Shown here piece by piece: positions 45,201 to 55,225 of a DNA stretch of 64,000 bases. Within the stretch, counting starts at the first letter, position 1. The number at the start of each line of letters is the position of its first letter. Source of the stretch: a virus; IMG/VR virus record IMGVR_UViG_3300002301_000012, positions 30,041-94,040 of that record; one strand, given 5' to 3'. A program made the translations under genes and the position numbers. The notes under the pieces are model-generated. The model worked only from the letters and a program-made list of their open reading frames with translations, ran no database searches and was not told the DNA's origin.

Positions 45201-46234
45201 TGATCATCAGCACTTATTCTACTTCTTCGACGCAGACCAGTATCAATGACACGGGGCTGATTAGTCCGTTCGCACCCAACATGGCAATATCAGCAGCGAC
45301 TAATGCCAGCGCTGCTGCTCTTACCGTAAGTGCTGCACCATACACCGGAGAGTACGTCACAATCAGCGGTTTTTCTGGATCGTGGGCACCTGCCAATGGA
45401 ACCTTTCAGGCAACAAACCTAAGTTCATCAACGTTTTCTGTTCCAGTAAACAGCACTGGTTTCGGCGCTGTGACTGGCACACCTATTGTTGTGGGAGGGC
45501 TGACGCCACATGTCGAAAAAGGAAATCTTATCCGCGTTTTCATTGATCCAACCGGGTCCGCAAGTCCATCAGATCCTCCTGTGACTATTGTCGACAATAC
45601 CAATACAGGATGGACCACGACATCCTTCCTGAATGTGCCAGGAAACGGAACGATCTTTATTGAAGAAGAGCCTACATGGCGCACAAATGTAAACACTGTG
45701 GCAGCGCCAAACTCATCGGCTCCAGTTCTCAGCAGTCCTGAAACAGTGCCACTTATATCTGTCCCGACGACCAACCTTCAGGGGTTAGTGGCACTAGTTG
45801 AACTGTTGGCGCAAAACGTAAATGGGCTGGACTCTGCTGAACTCGGCGATGGTCTTCGTATGCTTTACATCGTTCCCGGTGCAGGCTCGTCGAATAACAC
45901 GGACGGACCTGTTTATACGATTCCTAACGTTGGGAACACGTTCACGCCAGATCTATCAAAAGGACTTAATCAGTATGTTCTTTTGACTGCAAACTCAATG
46001 ATAAACGCACCGATTAATGTGCCAGCAGGAACAAGCATTACTTGGACTCTGATTATTGATCAGGATAGCGCGGGTGGTCACAATGCGCTACTCCAGCCTG
46101 GCTCTTATTTTACTAACGTGAATATTCTCGGAACTGCTTTGGCAAATACAAGAAGCCAAACCAACTGGGTGACAGATCAATCTGGGAACACGACCATTTC
46201 GGGAACGCCATCTACAGATCAACCTATACCATGA
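42218..46234 (+). CDS. Central tail fibre / host-specificity (gpJ/GTA megatron-like) protein
   Basis: QTS..G..LPIV.G.ARLAGNVIW, LEPMDLV, WGGC.VY.S.DG.SY, L..LRRG.FG and IYFKF..FN motifs. Confidence 0.9.
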   Translation: MSLFKTPNDPNAQNADTAAYSNYTTQTSVIGGALPIVIGKARLAGNVIWIGDWTSSVPGGNSKLSGKGSGGGKGGQTYNYTASFGIVLCQGGPAPAILGSVWKDRSTYVPEGVQSPTPGYFSTGLIGQSPWPYLTSSKPANQALGYSEMVVAWYENANLGSGGAISNYSYEITGQAANVGNVNIASDGVSVTWGGDGAQFNPLIALTGTIVISGLTYNCTWHSPTSLTLSTSYGGSATGLSYSALLGPDALVSDAITFMLTNFNCANMNPAYLGSMAGAGGLANYCIANGLGISPIVNNQDTYSSRLTEWLLVCNSEAFSSEGLIKFATYGDTAITGNGVTFTPNLTPVYTLGLDDFVVGKNTNSPPVQFSRVAAQDINNRMVVEWTNRGNQYNTETMDDEDTWSIDYQVGQRNTGSTISVHSVCLPTVAQQVLTVQLKRNVYMTRKASFTLGWAYSILEPMDLVQVPEQYPSTDYVAVRILTIDEDDNGNLAMTGEVLPFPILTPSLYQKQQSGGFTAGFNALPGSTNVPVFFEATQQMLNQNLVTQLTLFIALSGGPNWGGCAVYASTDGGASYDQVGTQNVGSQQGSLTASLAAVVDTNVPDTTHTLSVNLQESLGDLDTYTQAEADNNVSLCVVDQELMSWKTATLTGSNAFNLTYLRRGVFGSPCTSHASGAFFAQLSGGEAFQFDYQPAGASGIASQGPRVGQTIYFKFPAFNLSGQQQEETSAVTAYPYTLTAPYVRPPLSLKPYSQVYSFAPSGYGYTLAQQNGGSSVEIEGTPPVNSFSKSVTAPSIDFTATVSANAFGLIPAGTWVAQVFAIDSSGLYSTGSNLTEFVSPGFGYQAAFSVSWSSSAVAYEIFTGTSLNNMFGMGKVTPGSIPSSLTLTSIANGGYGPPDQQATNFHARAKQVIHGGIAATTIVSSTFTTVVINCPSAPASNEFANRQLILVSRAGLPATQSFPTQQINGNDTGTPLCTLNITSPGGSFYNPGDLVIISTYSTSSTQTSINDTGLISPFAPNMAISAATNASAAALTVSAAPYTGEYVTISGFSGSWAPANGTFQATNLSSSTFSVPVNSTGFGAVTGTPIVVGGLTPHVEKGNLIRVFIDPTGSASPSDPPVTIVDNTNTGWTTTSFLNVPGNGTIFIEEEPTWRTNVNTVAAPNSSAPVLSSPETVPLISVPTTNLQGLVALVELLAQNVNGLDSAELGDGLRMLYIVPGAGSSNNTDGPVYTIPNVGNTFTPDLSKGLNQYVLLTANSMINAPINVPAGTSITWTLIIDQDSAGGHNALLQPGSYFTNVNILGTALANTRSQTNWVTDQSGNTTISGTPSTDQPIP

Positions 46235-48342
46235 TGAAACCTATTTACTTGTTGCTGATCTTTTCTGGTCTTTGTTACGCACAGGTGACTGTAACTAGCC
46301 CAGCTGTCTTCACTGGCAGTGGGCTGAATGATGCCACGAGTGGCGGTATCTGGACGCCACTGCCGACAAATGCCAGCTATGTCGTTACGATATCAGCCAC
46401 TGGCACGCCAGATCAATTCACATGGACGTTGAATAATGGCACGGCCAGTGCGCCCATTGCAATCACTGGCTCAGTGCAAACACTTTCCAACGGGATCACA
46501 GTCACCTTCGCGGCGACAACGGGGCATTCACTTGCAGACTATTGGACAATAAAGGTGTCGGCGAATAGCTCTTCCTCCAGTGTTAATTGGATTCACAGGC
46601 TCTGGAATGCCATCACACGCACCTCACAGGACAAGATGCGAGACACGGTAAGCGTGAGAGATTTCGGGGCGCAAGGCGACGGCTCCAGCGACGACACTGC
46701 AGCTTTCCAGAACGCCATAAATGCCGTGGCAAAGGCCGGGTACAACGCATCTCAAACCGCTCCTGGAGCAACTGTCCACGTCCCAATTGGTCATTACATA
46801 GTCGGTCCTTTGTTCATGTCCAGGGGTGTTCGTCTTGAATGCGACTCGATGGCAGAGGGCAGCACACTGATGATGAAATCCAACTCCGAGACGATGCTGA
46901 CCTTTTCCAATGCTGCATTTTCCGGGGCCGCGAACTGCTTTATCGATAGCAACGGAAAGACTGGGACGACTGGCATCGAAGAGGATACAACGCCAACGAA
47001 TAACCACTTCTCGAATATTGCCATGAACAACCTTGGGACTTGCGTGACGACTACGAGCGCTTACTTCAATCTGTTTGAGAATGTTCGCTGTTACGGGCCG
47101 ACATCATACGGTTTTTTGTTCGGAAATTCTTCAAATTCATTGACCTGTATAGATTGCAGCGTTTACTCCAGTGCCACCAGCACCCTTTGTTTGCAAGTAG
47201 CTCAATCCCTTGGCGTTACAATCAGCGGTGGAACCTACGAGGCGAATTGCTACATCCAGGTGTATGGCACAAACGGCACGACAATCGCCGGAAACTATTT
47301 TGAGAACGCGACTGGGATGGAATCGCCTTATGGCTGGATAAATCTTGGGATCGGCTCGCCGTACTTAACATCGGGAACCTCGATTACAGGAAACACGTTC
47401 AGGGGCGGCGCGCCCTATGCACTACAAATCCAAGGCGCGGACGGTGTGACAGTCTCGGCTAACGACATCGCAGCCGATACTGATGCCTTTTTCATCGTAA
47501 ACAATGTCGGCGCAACGTATCCAAATAGGGGGCTGAATCTCGGAAATAACACTTACAACATCGGTGGTCTGGGATATGATCCGACAAAGCTGCTTGCATA
47601 CAACGCCAACCCGACGACCGAAAACACGCTGAATTCTAACACAAATCAGGAGGTAATCGATCCGCTTCTGTTCACCGCTCCGCTCTATGGTACGGCTTAT
47701 GCCTTTAAGGAACCGCCTGATCCAAGTATTATGAACAACCAAGCCGCTCTGTATTGGGATGGAACGGCGCTGTGGGCGAAGTTTAAAAACAGTTCTGGTA
47801 CGATATTTCACACTCAGATTTCCGATCCCGGCAATGTGCATACTGTTGGACCAGCCGGAACAGGCGGCCAACTTGTCGTCAATACGCCATCGTTGAATTC
47901 TTCGTTCCCGTCTTGGTTCAATGTCTCTGGAACTTATGGCAGTCTTCTTTCCACTATCATTCTCGACGCTTATGGCGTGCAATCGGGTGGAGGATACACC
48001 TCGAATTTTCTTTTCCGGACATACACGGGGTCCAGCAACACAGGCAGCGTGACGTTCGATAATGGCGGTGGAGTCACTGCCAGTAGTTTGGCTGGAAGCG
48101 GTACAAGGTGTTTGCAGGCAACAAATGCTGGCATGGTTCAGCTTTCAGCGGCCGCCTGCGCGGCGACGCTAACTGCTGGAACAAGCATTTCGATTGTAGG
48201 CAATGCGATAAACAACACAGCACCTTTCCCTGGTGGCACGACCGTAACATATACTGGTGTGCCGACTGGATGCACGTTCACTGGTGGCGTACCAAGCGGT
48301 TGTACATCAACCACTCTGATTTTTACAAACGGTCTGAAATAG
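46231..48342 (+). CDS. Signal-peptide beta-helix (pectate-lyase-3-like) tailspike-like protein
   Basis: MMKPIYLLLIFSGLCYA|Q; RTSQDKMRDTVSVRDFGAQGDGSSDDTAAFQNAI. Confidence 0.85.
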   Translation: MMKPIYLLLIFSGLCYAQVTVTSPAVFTGSGLNDATSGGIWTPLPTNASYVVTISATGTPDQFTWTLNNGTASAPIAITGSVQTLSNGITVTFAATTGHSLADYWTIKVSANSSSSSVNWIHRLWNAITRTSQDKMRDTVSVRDFGAQGDGSSDDTAAFQNAINAVAKAGYNASQTAPGATVHVPIGHYIVGPLFMSRGVRLECDSMAEGSTLMMKSNSETMLTFSNAAFSGAANCFIDSNGKTGTTGIEEDTTPTNNHFSNIAMNNLGTCVTTTSAYFNLFENVRCYGPTSYGFLFGNSSNSLTCIDCSVYSSATSTLCLQVAQSLGVTISGGTYEANCYIQVYGTNGTTIAGNYFENATGMESPYGWINLGIGSPYLTSGTSITGNTFRGGAPYALQIQGADGVTVSANDIAADTDAFFIVNNVGATYPNRGLNLGNNTYNIGGLGYDPTKLLAYNANPTTENTLNSNTNQEVIDPLLFTAPLYGTAYAFKEPPDPSIMNNQAALYWDGTALWAKFKNSSGTIFHTQISDPGNVHTVGPAGTGGQLVVNTPSLNSSFPSWFNVSGTYGSLLSTIILDAYGVQSGGGYTSNFLFRTYTGSSNTGSVTFDNGGGVTASSLAGSGTRCLQATNAGMVQLSAAACAATLTAGTSISIVGNAINNTAPFPGGTTVTYTGVPTGCTFTGGVPSGCTSTTLIFTNGLK

Positions 48343-48378
48343 CGAAAAGCTTGCTTGTTATTGTATACTCGCGGCGAG

Positions 48379-50406
48379 ATGCGAAATTCCCGACTGGTCT
48401 GGGTTGTCTTTGCCGCGACATTGATCGTCGCGTGTTGTGGTCTGTCGTGGCTCGATGGTCAGAGCTTGCAGTCGATACCTGGCGGCGGAAATGGCGGTGT
48501 TGGCGTTGGCGCGACGAATCCAACTGCCACATGCGCTGGCACGGTAACTTCATGTGCTGTAACGATTACGACGCTGGGGTTGACATCAGCCACAATCGAC
48601 ACAGCAATTGCCAAGTGTTACGTCACATCATCTGGTGCTGATCTGCCAATCACTGGATACACCGTCAGCGGCGGTCCTCCTTATACGACCTTTACGCCAA
48701 CGTTTACGAGCACAACTGGCGTCTATTGCACGGTCAACAGCAATGGTGGTCAGGGAGCGACAGGTATCACCGGCGCTATCGGCCCGACTGGAGCCACGGG
48801 AAGCACTGGAGCGACTGGGAGTACTGGTGCAACCGGACCGATCAGCGCGGTTACCGCTTCTTCGCCGTTGGCATCAAGCGGTGGATCTACGCCTAATATA
48901 ACGATCAGTTCCAGTATCGGATCTGGTCCGGTCGTGCTTGAAAATTCTCCTGCACTGACAAGTCCGAACCTCGGCACTCCAACAGTGATCAATTTGACGA
49001 ACGGAACCAATCTGCCGGTATCGACAGGTATCAGCGGATTAGCGACTGGCGTTGCAACGGCTCTGGGAACAGGCGTATCTGGCAGCGGCAGCATCTGTCT
49101 GACATCCGGTTCTTCCTGCGCCGGAGTGACGCTCCAGACAAACGGATCAAACAATGCAAGCCAAACAACACTGAATCTGGTCAATGGTTCGAACGTAACG
49201 CTTACGAACACAGGCGGCGGAACGGTGTCTATCGCGGCGACAGGCGGCGGAAGTGGTTCCGGAATCGGTGCGGCTCTATTTTGTCCTGCTACTGGAGTCT
49301 CTACCGGAACAGCAGTCTGCACGACAACACCGTCAATCTATCCGGCCTGTTATGCGACGACGGGCAGCATCAACCTGAACGTCACCGTCGATAGCAACGT
49401 TGCCGGCCCTACTACACTCAATGTCGACGGATGCGGCGCTCTGAACGTCTACTTCCAGGGGCAACCGTTAAGCGCGAACCAAATGGTAGTTGGCACTGGC
49501 AGCGGCAACATGTACAACATCGGCTACCAGTCAGGCGGCAGCGGACTCTGGCAGATGTCGTATAGCCCAGGCTCTGCTGGCGCGGCCGGACCGACCGGGC
49601 CGACCGGAGCTACTGGTACGGGAGCCACCGGCGCGACGGGTGCGACGGGCGTCACCGGATCGACCGGAGCCACCGGCGCGACAGGCCCACTCGGTTCGGC
49701 GAATACCGTAGTCAGCCACACGTTTGCTTCAGCCGGGTCTTTCAACTACGTTCACAACCAAAACACAGCCTACCCGATCATTACCTGCTGGCAAAACACC
49801 GCTCCCGGCGATATCGGCGTGAGTGTCGGGCTGACAGAAGTCGACGTGAATACAACCTCAGTGACAGTCTCGGGCGCGGCGACGGTTTACTGCGCGTTCA
49901 ATTCAGCGGGTTCGGCTGGTGCCGCGGGAGCCACAGGACCGACTGGTGCAACGGGTGCAACTGGTGCGACAGGTACAGCCGGAGCGACCGGTGCAACGGG
50001 TGCCACCGGCGCGACGGGCAGCATCACCGGAAACATCAAGCAATTCGTCGCCAACTTCTACAATGCTGGCTCGACTTTGGCGACCACGGTATCTCCTGCC
50101 GTCACGATGCAAAACAACTGCACGATTACCGGCTGGTCCCTCACGATTCCATCCACCGACGCTGGTACGGCTACGGTGAAATTCCTTAAAATAGCGGCCG
50201 GAACTTCCTCTCCGACGACGGCTAATTCCATAAACGCAAGCGGGGTCGGTCTGGCAACCGGGACGCATGTCAGATCCACTACGGTGACAGACTTCTCGGT
50301 CGGCACTGGTACTGCCGTCACGCAGGGAGACGTTCTCGCAGTGCAATTATCCGCCGTCGCCTCAATGGTCGGTCCCCTCGTCGTCGGTCTGGAGTGTACG
50401 CAATGA
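48379..50406 (+). CDS. Signal-peptide collagen-like fibre protein
   Basis: Hydrophobic N-terminus ending LDG|Q, three (GAT/GPT/GST)n tracts, and SP.L..P.LGTP fibre motif. Confidence 0.85.
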   Translation: MRNSRLVWVVFAATLIVACCGLSWLDGQSLQSIPGGGNGGVGVGATNPTATCAGTVTSCAVTITTLGLTSATIDTAIAKCYVTSSGADLPITGYTVSGGPPYTTFTPTFTSTTGVYCTVNSNGGQGATGITGAIGPTGATGSTGATGSTGATGPISAVTASSPLASSGGSTPNITISSSIGSGPVVLENSPALTSPNLGTPTVINLTNGTNLPVSTGISGLATGVATALGTGVSGSGSICLTSGSSCAGVTLQTNGSNNASQTTLNLVNGSNVTLTNTGGGTVSIAATGGGSGSGIGAALFCPATGVSTGTAVCTTTPSIYPACYATTGSINLNVTVDSNVAGPTTLNVDGCGALNVYFQGQPLSANQMVVGTGSGNMYNIGYQSGGSGLWQMSYSPGSAGAAGPTGPTGATGTGATGATGATGVTGSTGATGATGPLGSANTVVSHTFASAGSFNYVHNQNTAYPIITCWQNTAPGDIGVSVGLTEVDVNTTSVTVSGAATVYCAFNSAGSAGAAGATGPTGATGATGATGTAGATGATGATGATGSITGNIKQFVANFYNAGSTLATTVSPAVTMQNNCTITGWSLTIPSTDAGTATVKFLKIAAGTSSPTTANSINASGVGLATGTHVRSTTVTDFSVGTGTAVTQGDVLAVQLSAVASMVGPLVVGLECTQ

Positions 50407-51845
50407 TGAAAAAATTATTTGTATTCCTGTTGTGCGGAAACCTGTTCACTGCGATGGCTGCGTTCAACTCGACCGCAATCTGGCAAACCAGCACAGTGAT
50501 CGGCGACGACACTAACGCCGGTGGCGCTTATGATCCCAGTGTGTCGTTCCCCGGCACGAACGAGAGCCTGGCGGCGGCAACTGCGCTCACGCTTACCTTG
50601 TCTGGTTCGGGCACCACGGCGACGTCTTCGCCGGCCTTCTCTGCAACCACGCATGGACCGGGGAATTTCATTCAGATCACAGGCGGATCGGGCTGTACGA
50701 CCGGCACCTATGAAATGCTCACGTTCACACTGGCTGGCCTTATCGGAACGTTCGACCGTACGATGGGAAGTGCCAGTTCCATCTGTACCGCTTACATGGG
50801 CGGTCCGTCTTTGACTCTTGGCCACGTTGCTGGCCTGGTAGTGACCGGAAACCAAGTGTGCGTCAAGGCTGATGGGACATACTCACTGACATCGAATCTG
50901 ACGATCACCGCGACATCTGGAGCTGCGTCAACCGTAACGATCTGGCAGGGATATGGCACGACGTGCGGCGACAGGACACAGGCGGTAGTCCAAGCTGGAG
51001 CCAATGGGCTGACCGGCATGTTCACAATGAGCAATCAGGCCACACAGGTCAGCAGCTTTATTCTGGACTGCAACTCAACCACCGGAACGGTCCGTGGGAT
51101 CAACATCACGAGCGCAAACGATGTCGTCGACAACGTGCTGGTGAAAAACTGCGGCACGAACGGAATACTCGCTGCAACCAATTATCCCGTGACGATCATA
51201 AACACCCGCGTTACCGGATCTTTGTCTCTCTGCAACGCTGGTATCGGTTTCACCGGAACCGGCATTATGACGCTGCTCGGAGTTCTCGTGGATGCAAATC
51301 AATGCCATGGTCTTTTGACGGGCGGAAACGTCTTCATGGCAAACTCGATCTTTGCCAACAATACGGGAGCAACTACGGATGGCTTCCGGTGGACAGGGAC
51401 CTGGAGTTCGGCTCTCTCCATAATGAATTCTGTGTTTTACGGGAATGGAGAATATGGTTTCAACGCCACGACGACTTCCGCCGACAACGTTGTATTTCTC
51501 AGAAACAACATCGCCTATGGCAATGCGACCAAGAATTTCCAGTTTTTCTCGGTTGGCTCAGCCTCGAATATCAACGTTGACTACAACGCCTATCCAACCG
51601 GAACCAACACTCACTATCCGATAGGCCCGCACGATCAGGCGATAACCGGAGATCCGACTGTGGGATGCGGAGGATCGACACCGAATTGCGCTCTAAACAC
51701 CACGGCTGGTGCGGGTGCGCTGTTGCAGTCTGCCGGCTTCCCGGGAGCGTTGCAGGTCGGTGGCACTGGGTATTTGGCAATTGGCGCATTGCAGCCGCAG
51801 ACCACGGTCGGCAGCGGAGCAACTTCTTACATCTATGCTCAGTAG
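50403..51845 (+). CDS. Signal-peptide right-handed beta-helix protein
   Basis: MMKKLFVFLLCGNLFTAMA|A; N-rich beta-helix repeats; ends LAIGALQ. Confidence 0.8.
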   Translation: MMKKLFVFLLCGNLFTAMAAFNSTAIWQTSTVIGDDTNAGGAYDPSVSFPGTNESLAAATALTLTLSGSGTTATSSPAFSATTHGPGNFIQITGGSGCTTGTYEMLTFTLAGLIGTFDRTMGSASSICTAYMGGPSLTLGHVAGLVVTGNQVCVKADGTYSLTSNLTITATSGAASTVTIWQGYGTTCGDRTQAVVQAGANGLTGMFTMSNQATQVSSFILDCNSTTGTVRGINITSANDVVDNVLVKNCGTNGILAATNYPVTIINTRVTGSLSLCNAGIGFTGTGIMTLLGVLVDANQCHGLLTGGNVFMANSIFANNTGATTDGFRWTGTWSSALSIMNSVFYGNGEYGFNATTTSADNVVFLRNNIAYGNATKNFQFFSVGSASNINVDYNAYPTGTNTHYPIGPHDQAITGDPTVGCGGSTPNCALNTTAGAGALLQSAGFPGALQVGGTGYLAIGALQPQTTVGSGATSYIYAQ

Positions 51846-51869
51846 AAAATATCTATGCTCAGTAGAAAA
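51831..51869 (+). repeat. 19-bp tandem duplication at a gene junction
   Basis: atctatgctcagtagaaaa at 51831 and 51851. Confidence 0.9.
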
Positions 51870-54800
51870 CTCATAGTTCTGGCGATGATCGCATTGCCGT
51901 GCTTCGGTCAGGCGACAGCCAATGGTGTGTTCAGCGAGCAGTTCAATGGCGCAAATACTCAGTGGACAATCGGCGGGACCGGCGTAACGTATAGCGGAAC
52001 AACGACACCGGGGATGTCGGTAACGAACGCCACAGCGGGACAGGCCAGCGCTTCATGGACGGTCGGCAGTTCACCGTTCACACTGACCTACCAGATGCCG
52101 TCGCTATCCGTCTGGCAGAACCAGACTGGACTGACTGGCATGGTGTTCGGCATATCCACCGGCGTGCCTGGGTCGATGACATCTGCCGACTACTCCTATG
52201 TTGTGGCGATCACAAAGACTGGCTTTTATTGCAGCGCGCGCACCGGAGACGTGCTGCCGAACAGCGGCGGTGCCATGGCAGGCACGGATCTATCAAATCT
52301 CGGAACGGGCGGAAGTCGTCACTTTGTCAATGCTGCATACTCGACCATCGCATGGCCTGTGTCTTCCAGTCAGGCAGCGATTCCTCAGAACTGGAACTGG
52401 TGGGTAACTATATCCCGCGATGGCAGCAACAATGCGACGTTCTCGATCTTCACGGATCAGTTTCAGGGCGGTACTGTGGCCTATTACAGCGGCACGTGGG
52501 CGATTACGTCGACGTACCGAACCAAGTCGATAGCAAACGTGTGGATGGTGAATGAGACATCAGGCGGCGGTGGAAACACCTTGGTGACCGCGCTCGTGAA
52601 TAACATCTATGGATACACGTCGGTGACGGGTGGAACGGCTCACACGGTGACGAGCGTCGTACCGAGCGGAGGGTCTACGACGTTTCAATCCGGCAATACG
52701 GTAACGATCACCGGAACGAACTTCGACAACTCCAGCGCGTATACGGTCAATGTCGGCGCGGGCAGCACATTGCAATCGGTGACGGCTTCCTACGTGAGCG
52801 CAACGACCCTTACTGCAACATTACCGACCGAAAGCAATTCCGCTACGCCATACCTGTTCCAAGTGACGCGGAATGGAATCAACGCTCTCCTGCAAAGCGG
52901 GATTACATACTCCGGACCGGTTGTCTACAGCATGGACCCGCACGAGGTGCCCCTGATACCTGCCAACTCGGCAGACGGTACGATCACGATCACAGGTGCC
53001 GGATTCGATGCGACCACAGCCGTGACTATCGGCGGCACTGCGGCTACTGTAACGGTTGTCGATCCATGCCACCTAAGCGTCATAGTTCCCTCGGGCAGTG
53101 CTGGACTGCCAACTGTGCTGGTCACAATTGCCAGCGGCGCGACCACGGTCTATAACTCAGCCAGCAGCGGCACCTATCCACCAGCCGGAAAGGTGAACTT
53201 CGGGTATGCGCCTCATCCATACATGCACTTCACACCGACCACGCTTACCGCAATCCAGGCGAAATACTCGAATCCGGCATATGTGAACTATCGGTGGATG
53301 ATGGATGCGGAGATCACACCACCGCTGGCCTATACGTCTAATCCGCTGAACCAGTGTCCCAGCTACCCGCCGACCGGCTGCACTTCCGGCTATACGACGC
53401 AGACCACCGGCGCATACGGATACCACTATCTTCTCGCGCAGGACTCAGCATCTCTTACCGCGTTCAATTCCGCAGTCTACTCTGTGTCGTCGACGAGCAA
53501 CGACCTCGGTTTGGTCCAACTGGCGCAGATCGCATGGGGAGCCAACAATGTTCCGTTCAATCTCGGGACTGCCGATACTCTCGGCGTGATGTATGACGCG
53601 CTGTTTCCGACGCTGACTCCCGCGCAGCGGATCTTGTGGCTGAATATGCTCGACTCGGCCTGCAATGGGTTCTACTACATGTGGGCCACGCAGGACGCAA
53701 ACACGTACCCGGCCGGTAACAGTTGGGATAACCGCATCGCAGTCGCCAATGGCGGCGGAGGATCGGCGGCAGTGGCTGTGGCCTTCTCTCTGGCACATCT
53801 CAAGGGATACACGACCGGATCTCCGTGGCTGGCCATCACTGGCGTGACGCTTACCAACGATGCCGTGTCCAGCCTCGTGACGCTGACCGACAACTACGGA
53901 AACAATGAGTGGCTTGCCGATGGGACCGGTGTCGAAGGAGCCTTTTATTCGGACTACGGCGGCATCGCCTACCTTCGCTTTGCGGATGCGATCTGTGGGT
54001 TGAACACGTACAAAGGCACTAGCCCTTGTGATCAGGGAACGTTCTCGACACACTTCAGCAGCTTTGCCACATGGGCCAAGAATACTTTGTGGAACGGCTT
54101 CAACTGGGATACGTGGAGCGATACCCAACCGCAATACAACCTTCTGCCTTCGCTGATTTTCTGGTGCCAGCACAGTGCAGTACCGCAGGCGTGCTTCATG
54201 GCCGACACGCTGGCTCAACAGGTGGCAGCCAATCAACTTGGAGGCTTGTGGATCAATACGATGACGGTGCTTCCGGCATCATACTCGGATTCGTTCTATG
54301 ACTTCATCTGGAGAGATCAGACGACTTATCCCGGTTCCTTTACGTCGTTTCCGACACTGGGCGTACAGGCGACAGGACAGCAAGCGAGGATGCGAAGCAA
54401 CACTAACTGGGACGCTGACTTCTCGATAGCGCTGAAGGGAAAATCGGCAAACGAAGACTCGGACGGCCACAATCACCCAGACCAAGGCGGAATCACCATG
54501 AACTATCAGGATGAGTGGTTCCTGATCGATCCAGGCTATGAAATTCCGGCTGCGGCGAACCATTCGATTCTGATCGTGGACGGAGTATCGCCGACCATTA
54601 GTTCTCAGGGCACGCACACGGCCACAATCGACACGACGCAGAACCAAGACGCGAACAACTGGCACTGCGCCACAGTGAACGCCAAAAATGCCTACCTGAC
54701 GGATGTGACTCTATTGAGGCGCAATGTCTGCCTGTACGCCAACCTTTCAACCGGTGTGCGGGTCGGTGTGGTGCTCGATGACATCGCGCAAAGCGGAGCC

Positions 54801-55214
54801 GGTTCTGTGCAGGGGCTTTGGCAGACAGGCAGAGCAGTTTCCAATGTCACAAGTGCTGGATTCCAGATCAACGGCTACCTGAATACGATGTTCGTTCGGT
54901 GGTTTGGGCCGACGTCTTCATCGGGTTTACAGGCAGTTTCACTCGATTGCTCGACGGGCGCTCCGTCGTGGGCATTTTGCCAGTTGCAGCCAGCGGGAAT
55001 CTCCTACAGCGCGGTGCAGGACGCCTACACGGATTCATCGACACAACCGCGTGTGACCTGCTTCTCGCCACAAAGCGTGAACGGTGGGCCGGCAGCGGCA
55101 ACATGTTCCGTGGCTTATACCTCGGGAACGGTCACCCTGACGTTGAGCAACGGCGCTGGAGCGGTCTGGACGAATGGAACGGGAACATGGAATCTTTCGA
55201 GCGTGACTCCGTAA
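51855..55214 (+). CDS. Signal-peptide protein with two IPT/TIG domains and a heparinase II/III-like lyase domain
   Basis: CFG|Q; VTITGTNF and ITITGAGF; EG..Y..YG; GHNHPDQG.I......FLIDPGY...NHSILIVDG. Confidence 0.8.
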   Translation: MLSRKLIVLAMIALPCFGQATANGVFSEQFNGANTQWTIGGTGVTYSGTTTPGMSVTNATAGQASASWTVGSSPFTLTYQMPSLSVWQNQTGLTGMVFGISTGVPGSMTSADYSYVVAITKTGFYCSARTGDVLPNSGGAMAGTDLSNLGTGGSRHFVNAAYSTIAWPVSSSQAAIPQNWNWWVTISRDGSNNATFSIFTDQFQGGTVAYYSGTWAITSTYRTKSIANVWMVNETSGGGGNTLVTALVNNIYGYTSVTGGTAHTVTSVVPSGGSTTFQSGNTVTITGTNFDNSSAYTVNVGAGSTLQSVTASYVSATTLTATLPTESNSATPYLFQVTRNGINALLQSGITYSGPVVYSMDPHEVPLIPANSADGTITITGAGFDATTAVTIGGTAATVTVVDPCHLSVIVPSGSAGLPTVLVTIASGATTVYNSASSGTYPPAGKVNFGYAPHPYMHFTPTTLTAIQAKYSNPAYVNYRWMMDAEITPPLAYTSNPLNQCPSYPPTGCTSGYTTQTTGAYGYHYLLAQDSASLTAFNSAVYSVSSTSNDLGLVQLAQIAWGANNVPFNLGTADTLGVMYDALFPTLTPAQRILWLNMLDSACNGFYYMWATQDANTYPAGNSWDNRIAVANGGGGSAAVAVAFSLAHLKGYTTGSPWLAITGVTLTNDAVSSLVTLTDNYGNNEWLADGTGVEGAFYSDYGGIAYLRFADAICGLNTYKGTSPCDQGTFSTHFSSFATWAKNTLWNGFNWDTWSDTQPQYNLLPSLIFWCQHSAVPQACFMADTLAQQVAANQLGGLWINTMTVLPASYSDSFYDFIWRDQTTYPGSFTSFPTLGVQATGQQARMRSNTNWDADFSIALKGKSANEDSDGHNHPDQGGITMNYQDEWFLIDPGYEIPAAANHSILIVDGVSPTISSQGTHTATIDTTQNQDANNWHCATVNAKNAYLTDVTLLRRNVCLYANLSTGVRVGVVLDDIAQSGAGSVQGLWQTGRAVSNVTSAGFQINGYLNTMFVRWFGPTSSSGLQAVSLDCSTGAPSWAFCQLQPAGISYSAVQDAYTDSSTQPRVTCFSPQSVNGGPAAATCSVAYTSGTVTLTLSNGAGAVWTNGTGTWNLSSVTP

Positions 55215-55225
55215 AGGAATGGCAA

